This document shows positions 55,623-64,000 of a stretch of DNA of 64,000 nucleotides, in pieces. Where the stretch lies: contig NC_042999.1 of the NCBI RefSeq assembly GCF_006345805.1, forward strand, positions 76,756,001-76,820,000. Reading direction: 5' to 3'. The notes under the pieces were generated by a model. It saw nothing but the letters and a program-made list of their open reading frames with translations. It made no database searches and was not told the origin of the DNA. The first letter of the stretch is position 1; every line of letters starts with the position of its first letter. Source of the DNA: Octopus sinensis. Lineage: Eukaryota. A program made the position numbers and the translations under genes.

Positions 55623-55782
55623 CGTATATTTGCCATTTCAATATGGCTACCCCTAAGGGTGGATGCTACTGTAGTTTTTAGCCCCAGGAGGACACACTCC
55701 TCCAGCTGGCCATAGACGCACTTTCTGTGTCCTGTCAGTATTTGCAAAGGGAAGTCATCCTTCCCGTCTTCAACTTATGATA

Positions 55783-55827
55783 CACACGGACTCGAGTTTC
55801 GAGGTATTGACCTCTCGTCAGCGTGTG
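55783..55827 (-). ncRNA. Type I hammerhead ribozyme (copy 1)
   Basis: Reverse complement reads CACACG-CUGACGA-GAGGU-CAAU-ACCUC-GAAA-CUCGAG-UC-CGUGUG; predicted cleavage between 55789 and 55788. Confidence 0.9.
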
Positions 55828-56079
55828 ACAATCATAGTTGTCGCCGAGAATTAGATTTCCTTCACAAATACTTATACTTTTTCCAGCGTCCACTGTCGCT
55901 GATATTGAAAAAGTGAAATCAAACAATGATAAATATCAAAGTGAGTTATATACAGTAGCGGTAACACATCGTGACGTATATTTGCCATTTCAATATGGCT
56001 ACCCCTAAGGGTGGATGCTATTGGAAAAAGTATAAATATTTGTGAAGGAAATCTAATTCTCGGCGACAACTATGATTGT

Positions 56080-56124
56080 CACACGCTGACGAGAGGTCAA
56101 TACCTCGAAACTCGAGTCCGTGTG
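56080..56124 (+). ncRNA. Type I hammerhead ribozyme (copy 2)
   Basis: Stem I CACACG/CGUGUG, core CUGACGA 56086-56092, stem II GAGGU/ACCUC with CAAU loop, GAAA 56107-56110, palindromic stem III ACUCGAGU, GUC triplet 56116-56118. Confidence 0.92.
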
Positions 56125-56431
56125 TATCATAAGTTGAAGACGGGAAGGATGACTTCCCTTTGCAAATTCTGACAGGACACAGAAAGTGTGTCTATGGCCA
56201 GCTGGAGGAGTGTGTCCTCCTGGGGCTAAAAACTACAGTAGCATCCACCCTTAGGGGTAGCCATATTGAAATGGCAAATATACGTCACGATGTGTTACCG
56301 CTACTGTATATAACTCACTTTGATATTTATCATTGTTTGATTTCACTTTTTCAATATCAGCGACAGTGGACGCTGGAAAAAGTATAAGTATTTGTGAAGG
56401 AAATCTAATTCTCGGCGACAACTATGATTGT

Positions 56432-56476
56432 CATACGCTGACGAGAGGTCAATACCTCGAAACTCGAGTCCGTGTG
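56432..56476 (+). ncRNA. Type I hammerhead ribozyme (copy 3)
   Basis: Same as copy 2 shifted by 352 nt. Stem I reads CAUACG/CGUGUG (C>U retains pairing as a U-G wobble). Predicted cleavage after 56470. Confidence 0.9.
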
Positions 56477-56689
56477 TATCATAAGTTGAAGACGGGAAGG
56501 ATGACTTCCCTTTGCAAATACTGACAGGACACAGAAAGTGTGTCTATGGCCAGCTGGAGGAGTGTGTCCTCCTGGGGCTAAAAACTACAGTAGCATCCAC
56601 CCTTAGGGGTAGCCATATTGAAATGGCAAATATACGTCACGATGTGTTACCGCTACTGTATATAACTCACTTTGATATTTATCATTGTT

Positions 56690-56906
<217 letters not shown>

Positions 56907-57144
56907 TACTTATTTAATCTTATACTGATTTCAGCCATTGTTGAAATGCCGTTTTTATATGATCACATCGACCTCAGTTGTTATTTTCAGTCTGGTAATA
57001 TGTCATCGATATCTATTTGTCGCACTGTCATATTACGGAACACAAAGAGACAACCCGATGTGAATATAAACAGGCACAGACAACAACAGCAACAACAACA
57101 ACAACACAAACACACACACGCAATAATTCTGTTGTTGTTTTTAA

Positions 57145-57376
57145 CATTTCTTTTTGTTATAGGCACAAGACCTGACATTTGCGGGGACGGTGCTAGTCGA
57201 TCGCACATCGACTCCAAAACTAAACTGGAATTTATTTTAACGACCCCCACCCCCACCCCATCGAATGATGAAAGGAAATGTCGACTTCGGCGAAATTTGA
57301 ACTCACGACAGGAAGACGGATTAAATACTGTTAAGCTTTTCGTCCGGCGTGCTTAAGCCTCTGCCAGCTCGCCGCC
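57145..57376 (-). mobile_element. SINE family B
   Basis: Ends CTGCCAGCTCGCCGCC, the head on the minus strand. Confidence 0.8.
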
Positions 57377-58724
57377 TTTTTGCTGTTTTTAACATTAATA
57401 ACTAACTTCCACAATATGTGTGCGCGCGCGCACACACACACACACACAAACTTCCATAGTTTCGAGCAGCAGGAAATATCTAACACAAATAATTGTAGAT
57501 AACAATAATCACACTCATGCAAATGCATATATATACCCTTAAAAATAAAAAAGGCAGACTGACAGCAGAAGTAGGAATAACAGGAACACCAAAGAGATTG
57601 CGATCAATATTAAAAAATTCCGATGCAAAGCTTTATGATTTAAACGACATAGAAACATTGTATACTTTCGAACTAGAAAGGAAACTTGTATGAGGTAGGT
57701 CACCAAATTTGAAACTACAGTCAAATATCCGTCATAACATACATAATATAGCTCTTGATACACAACATATGAAATGAAGGATGGATGGTCACAGCTGAAA
57801 AATATTTGCTCAAAATCTGCCGGATTAGAGTTCACCACAGCTTTCGAATCAACGAAGAAACGATTATATATGGTAGCTTGTACTGCTGGAAATAGTTGTC
57901 AAATCTCCCTCAAATCACATCTTTAATTCTTATATTGGATAATGTAATCCTAGATTCACTATGCCTGAGAAAAGTTAAAGGGTCAACGAATTGATGATGG
58001 GTCTAACCGATCAATGCTGGTCAGCGGCCATACATCCAACGCAATGAGTTTTCCACACAGATATTCTACTCCTTAATACGCCAAAAAGAAAAATTATTGT
58101 GGAAGTTGGTCTTCAACCAAACAATAAACACCTCAGTTCACTACATTATGATGAACTACATAAAGGTGCTGGGTGGCGGTTATGTATAATGATTCTAAGG
58201 AATTACATTTTATGGATTAGTTTCCCATCTGTTATCTTTCGCCAGTCTACATAAATTTGGGCACTGGAAAAACGGACGAATTTTTGTCCAGTAAGTTATA
58301 TATTCTTCGCCCCTGGATTACTGAGGTGGCAGAAACAATAGAACCTCACCCTAAATAAATGTCTAGTAGCGTTTATTTGCGATTTTCTTTGTTCTGAGTT
58401 CAAAATCCACTATAATCAATTCTTCTCTCCATTTCTTCGAGATACATCGTATAATTACCGGTAATACATCGCCGTATACGCTGAAGACTATGTACAGCCA
58501 CAAAAATTAGATTCGCTTACGATTACGTCTGATCTCCCGCTACAACCAGCCATGAGCAACATTTCATCTTTGTAGGTATTTACATTACAGTGGATTGTGC
58601 CGTTAAAAGTTGAGAACGCTCTTCCTGATAATATTGTGTCATCGAGAATAAAATGTAAACCACTTAAGTTCACACAATCATCAGCAACAATTTTCTACTT
58701 CACATGAAAACCATTTGTTTTCAT

Positions 58725-58970
58725 CAGTTAATCGCTACCAAGAAATGGTTGATAGCTACCAAAAAATAGTTAATTGCTACCGAGAAATAATTTAGTGTTA
58801 ACAAGAAGTAGTTAATTGCTGCCAAGAAATAGCTTATTGCTGTCGGAAAATAGTTGATTGCTAACAAGAAATGGTTATTTGCAACAGTTAATATAGTTAT
58901 TTCTATCAACAATTGGTAAATCGCTACCAAGAGATGATTAGTTACTACTCAGAATAGTTCATTGCTTCTA
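58725..58970. repeat. Degenerate 21-bp minisatellite, about 11 units
   Basis: Consensus close to TAGTTAATTGCTACCAAGAAA. Confidence 0.8.
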
Positions 58971-60895
58971 ATGAACACATAACCAATAACAGAAACTACT
59001 TCCAAAATTAAAAAATTATTGAAAATTTAAACCAGTCTAGCAACACGAAGAAATATCTAGTAATTCAAATCAATTTAAATCATCTTGTATAAGAATACAT
59101 ACAACAAGACATTCTGAAACAATAAGAACAAGCATTGTTAATACAATTCATTTCACCTTAATTGTGTTCAGTGTAATTAAATCTCATTTTAATTTTTACA
59201 AGGGCAACGTTAATTTCAAAAGGTCATTTTAAAAAAAAGCGTGTTGTTTTGCTTTATTTTTCTTTAGGTTTTTGCCTTCAGTGAAAATCTAAAACCTCAT
59301 TGCTAATTGCTATGTCTCAGGGTAAGTCGCGAACACACTTACCCCACCGTTACCATGTCAATCTCCGTATCCGTAATAGTGTTTAGGTGTTCCAGGAAGT
59401 AGTGAGGGCGATGTGTTTTGCCGATGTCAAATACTCTATATTATTTATCTATAACTCTTCATTTGCAATTGACTCTACTCTGACACATTTTCTAGTGCAC
59501 AACTTTGTGCAATAATGAATACCGTGTAAATGATTGAAGCATAATCCTTATGAATGTATTCTATTTACATGTCAAGTATTTTCAATATCATTCCATTTTT
59601 AAGTGTTTGCTATTATCGTTTGAATTTTCAAATTGTTCAAATAAATGATGTCAAAAATCCGAAGCCAAATTAAAGAAGGCTGAATAAATGAAACATTTCT
59701 TAAAAAAAAAGAAAATGAAACCTTAGTTTACAATTCTAATTATTCTTGAAATTTAGTTAAAGGTCAGCTCTGATCCAGCAAGATTATTATCAAAAACGTT
59801 TTAGCTTCGACCGCCCTACCTTTCCTTTCCAGTTCCAGCATATCAAGGATTATATTGTTCAGTATATAATTCTTTTTTTTTTTAATGCTGCGACACATGA
59901 GAGAGATTTAGTTGTAAATTCCAACGAATTCCACTCGTTGGAGTGGGTCAGAACAACATGGAAGTTTCTTCGTTGGTTCAGGAAATTCAAATTTAAGAGT
60001 GACGGAGTGGCAGGATGGGTAGAATGCGGGAAAGAGTGCCATGTTGTATTTTAAGTAAGTCTCCTTAAACCAGATCCTATGTATGTCGAGTTGCCTTTCA
60101 TCTTTTAAGAATCTTTAAGTCTAGTAGCAATCAGTAGAATTAGGAATCAATCGAAAAGTAATATATTTCTCACTAAAAGTATGTGATCTAGTAATTCGAT
60201 TTCAAGCTTTGATTCTAATGATTTTTTTATGTACAATTAAAATGAAATAATGTAAAAAAGTTGAAACTTTACAATTTTGACTTCAAATTCATCAGTAGTT
60301 CGAATGACCAAAGGACAAAAATAAAAACAAAAAAAGCATTAAACTCTCCAGTGGTTGGTAGGAATAACAAATAATCGGCACATAAATTTTTATGGTGCAG
60401 TGAGTCGGGCAAATGTGTTGTATTCCCGATAGGCAAAATGGCGAATGCTATGCATTATTCCGAAGAATGGTGAGGGAGATGCGCTGAAAGAACTATTCTA
60501 CTCTACGTGGCTCATTTTTGTGTCTGAATATATAAAAATCACAGCTTAAAAAAAATTCCATTCGTTCGTCTATGTTTGATTTTTTGTTTCCAATTTATGA
60601 AAACATTTTGCGTGAAGATTTTATGTCAAACTAGAAGAAAAAACTGAAATAAAACAGAAACCTGAATCGAAATACCTAGTTCCCTGAATCAAGAATGTCG
60701 TTCTAACACATTTGCCCTGGGTTATCTATCTCATTTAATCTGCTTTAGTATCCTGTCGAAAGTAACAATTCCACTGACTCAGTTGCAAATATAATTTGTC
60801 AAAAACGTCTAAAATGTACATTATTTACCTTATTTATTGAAGCAAGATATACTCACACATACAATTATATGAATACACACACATATATATACATG

Positions 60896-60947
<52 letters not shown>

Positions 60948-63900
60948 TAGCGTGTATGTATTTGTGCATGTGTACGTGTGTGTACACTCACACACACACT
61001 CGTTCACACCCCACATAGTTATGCGTAGGTCCTTTTTGATATTCTTATATCCATTCTGCCAACTTTTACTGCTGACAACTTAGTTTTGCTTAAATGATAT
61101 TCGTTACTTTTACACACTAAAGCATCCATCAAACGTCAAACCACCACCACCACAATGATCATCATCATCATCATCAATGCCATGCCATCTTCATCAGGTT
61201 TGTTATCATCGCTGCACATATCACCACCACAATAAACACAATTATTACAACCATTACCACTATCATCAATACAACCTTCACCACCGCCTCCACAAACACT
61301 ACCCTCTCCAGAACCAATATTACATAACCACCGACCCAGCATTACCATCGCCATCATTACCTCTACAATTCCCGTTCACATTATCATCACTACCCATTTT
61401 CAACATTATAACTCTCTCCTAGATCATTGCCATTACTATGAGTGTCACTATCCCCAATCCCCGCTTTCATCATCAACATGACCAGCACCATCATTGTCAT
61501 CAATTTCACCTTCATTATAACCACCACAACTAATATTACCAGAAAGTTAAGAGTTTGTCTCCACCTCACTATTAAAATATTCTTCCATACTGTTCATTTC
61601 TAGAGTGTTCTTCTACCCAATGCATTTCACCTCTTCTTCGTTCTTATACTTTCTTATAACATCATCTACTCCGTTTGGCTACATCCACTTCTGTCACTGC
61701 CATTATCATCATCATCTCCTTTCCTCGTCATCCTTCTCCTCATCTTTCTGTTTATCCTCCTTCATCTTCCCCTTTTGTAACTGCCTTCTTTTCCTTTCCA
61801 TTAAATCTACTGATTCTTCTTGCTATATTTATTGCTATTATTGTCATTCCTCGTCTTCCACTCCACCCCTAATTTTTCTCCTTTGCCTACTTCAATTGTT
61901 TCTTGGCTGTCTTCTTTTACTTCTACCTTTTGTATATATTTTTCTTCTCGCACCTACCTCTTTCTTTCTATCTACTCTTCTTCTGCTATCTACTTTCCTT
62001 ATTGTAATTCTGATTCGAGTTACCCACCACGACCTCAAAAACAACTACAACACTGCAACCAATACCGACCGATCGATCCACCTACACAACACCACAACCA
62101 GCCGCCATCACCACCAAACGAAAACAACCATTGCAGACACCACCACCTCATCAACACTAACCATTAGCTATATATCGATATATTCGATCACCAAACCCTA
62201 TCAGTAGTTCCATCACTAAGGCTGCCAATAGTTCATCCTTATCACTAATCCAATCACTGAAACGTTGTCAAAATTAACCGTGTAAAACTCAATGTCACTC
62301 CAGGGATATATTTCTCATCAAGTAAATTCCATAAAATGCCAGCCACCCCATCTCAAACCCGCCTCACATCACTTCACTATAATTACAACCACCTTACTTC
62401 ACAACCCACCTACCATCACCACCACCAACACCAGTCACTTCATTCTCATGTTACAATCGCCGATGTCCAATCGTAGAAAATCCAGTAATATATTTACCGA
62501 TGGATGATGGCTGCCACTTACGCATTTACTCTTCACGCTTACAATCGAATGATAATAATAACAACAACAACAACAACAACAATAATAATAATAATAATAA
62601 TGGTGATAATAATAATCTCACTTATCCCTGATTTTGCATGCATATGAGTATGTGATTATTTAGGTATGTTTGCATGTATGTATGCAAACAAATCTGTATA
62701 TACACAGAATTTGTATCGATAGTGTTAAGAAGTAGAGCTATCAACAGAAAAATGAAAGAATCCGAATACCTTTAGTGAGTGAACCAACTCACGTTGTTAG
62801 CCGTAATCAAATCTCGACTCTCAAAGAGAATGAGATATTATCTAGCTCGTCCATTTTTCTCTTCAATAGAATACTCGGGATTTAACTTATACTTGACCTG
62901 TCTCAAACCCCTACAATCATTTATAACAAAACTACAACAGCTTTTGTCATTTAAATAAACCACGAGAAAGGAAGTGGTCACGTAGCTTTACTTTCACTGA
63001 ATTGAACAGAGGGGGATTTTATTTTAATGTTTATTACATTCTCTCACATCAGAGTTTTAGCTCTGCTGTTGTTAAACGCTGAAAGAAAATAGGATTAATC
63101 TTGAAATAATTCTACCCCGAATCGACATTTTTGACATGTTGTTACAGTGACAATGTTTAAGTGAATCATTAGAAATCAGTGATAGTAATAACGTGTCGAA
63201 GCAAAGCACTTGAGCAACCGCAATGATTTTAACCAGTACACAGATATACACATGGAAAAAAAACACGCACACAACCACACAGACACACTCACGCAACCAC
63301 ATACACTCTCATACACACCGAAAACACTGCGGCAAATAGAAGACTATAGGAACACGCTAAGACACACAGACACACATACAAAGACATGCGCGCGCAAACA
63401 CAAGCCTGCTCACATTTAGATACCAGCATCATCACTCATCATCCTCCCAAAATAGCGCAGAATTCAAGTGAATGATAGACATACACGAGACCTGCAATTT
63501 GTATATGATACCTGATGTTCCACAAAAGTCACTGACATTGTTTGTATAAGACATGCACATGCAGACCTGTGTTCACGGCATTAATACAAATGTAAAATAA
63601 AAAGAAAAAAAACTACAACTACTATTACTACTACGACTACTTAACAACATGGAATTTAGCAAGCTTTTGTTATTTCATTTCGCTACTTTAAAATATCACA
63701 AAGAAAGAAGTAGCTGTCAGTGTTAAAGAGAGCTTCATTGTTCAAACTTGGCAATTGTTACACTGGTGTTCAAAGTATTTGTTTGACAGAATGGCATCGA
63801 ACCAATAGGAATATTCATTAAGAAATGAATATATATATACGCACACACACACACAGACACACACATGTGCATGTATGTGTGTGTATGTGTTACACATATA

Positions 63901-64000
63901 TAGACACGCACATGCATACATAGATGCATAGAGATTATAAATTCACGTTTATATCAATAATAATTGGTACACTTGGTTTTATGAGTAAACGCCAAAGTAA

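Larger units (their letters stand above)
55619..56689. mobile_element. Retrozyme-like / Penelope pLTR-like array of a 352-bp non-coding unit: minus block 55619-56020, plus block 56022-56689, embedded in (TA)n
   Basis: GTGACGTATA recurs at 55619 and 55971, and TGGAAAAAG at 56022 and 56374 (period 352). The two blocks are reverse complements differing by about 4 substitutions. Each unit has a hammerhead motif and no credible ORF. (TA)n flanks both sides. Confidence 0.85.

Noticed and set aside
58725-58970. Heptad-repeat protein (VAINYFL)n
   Set aside because: Translation of a 21-bp minisatellite; no splice or start context.

Overview
AT-rich, microsatellite-saturated eukaryotic non-coding DNA with no intact protein-coding gene. 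Its SINE families look like those I recall from Octopus genomes, so a coleoid cephalopod origin is inferred, not verified. It holds many copies of three SINE-like families, mariner-derived MITEs, a decayed 1.2-kb Tc1-like transposon with DD36E spacing, several fossil LINE fragments and a few weak exon candidates. The main finding is at 55.6-56.7 kb: a young array of a non-coding 352-bp unit (one inverted block plus a direct tandem) inserted in (TA)n. Each unit carries a complete type I hammerhead ribozyme followed by a string of hairpins, which is the architecture of a non-LTR retrozyme or Penelope pLTR-like element predicted to release a 352-nt (possibly circular) RNA. Diverged fragments of the same family lie at 1.6 kb (with a 16-bp target-site-like duplication) and 16.7 kb. 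A fossil Penelope-like GIY-YIG ORF lies about 0.8 kb upstream, and two other hammerhead-like motifs occur at 3.13 kb and 33.7 kb. Almost all ORFs in the supplied track are microsatellite or SINE artefacts.
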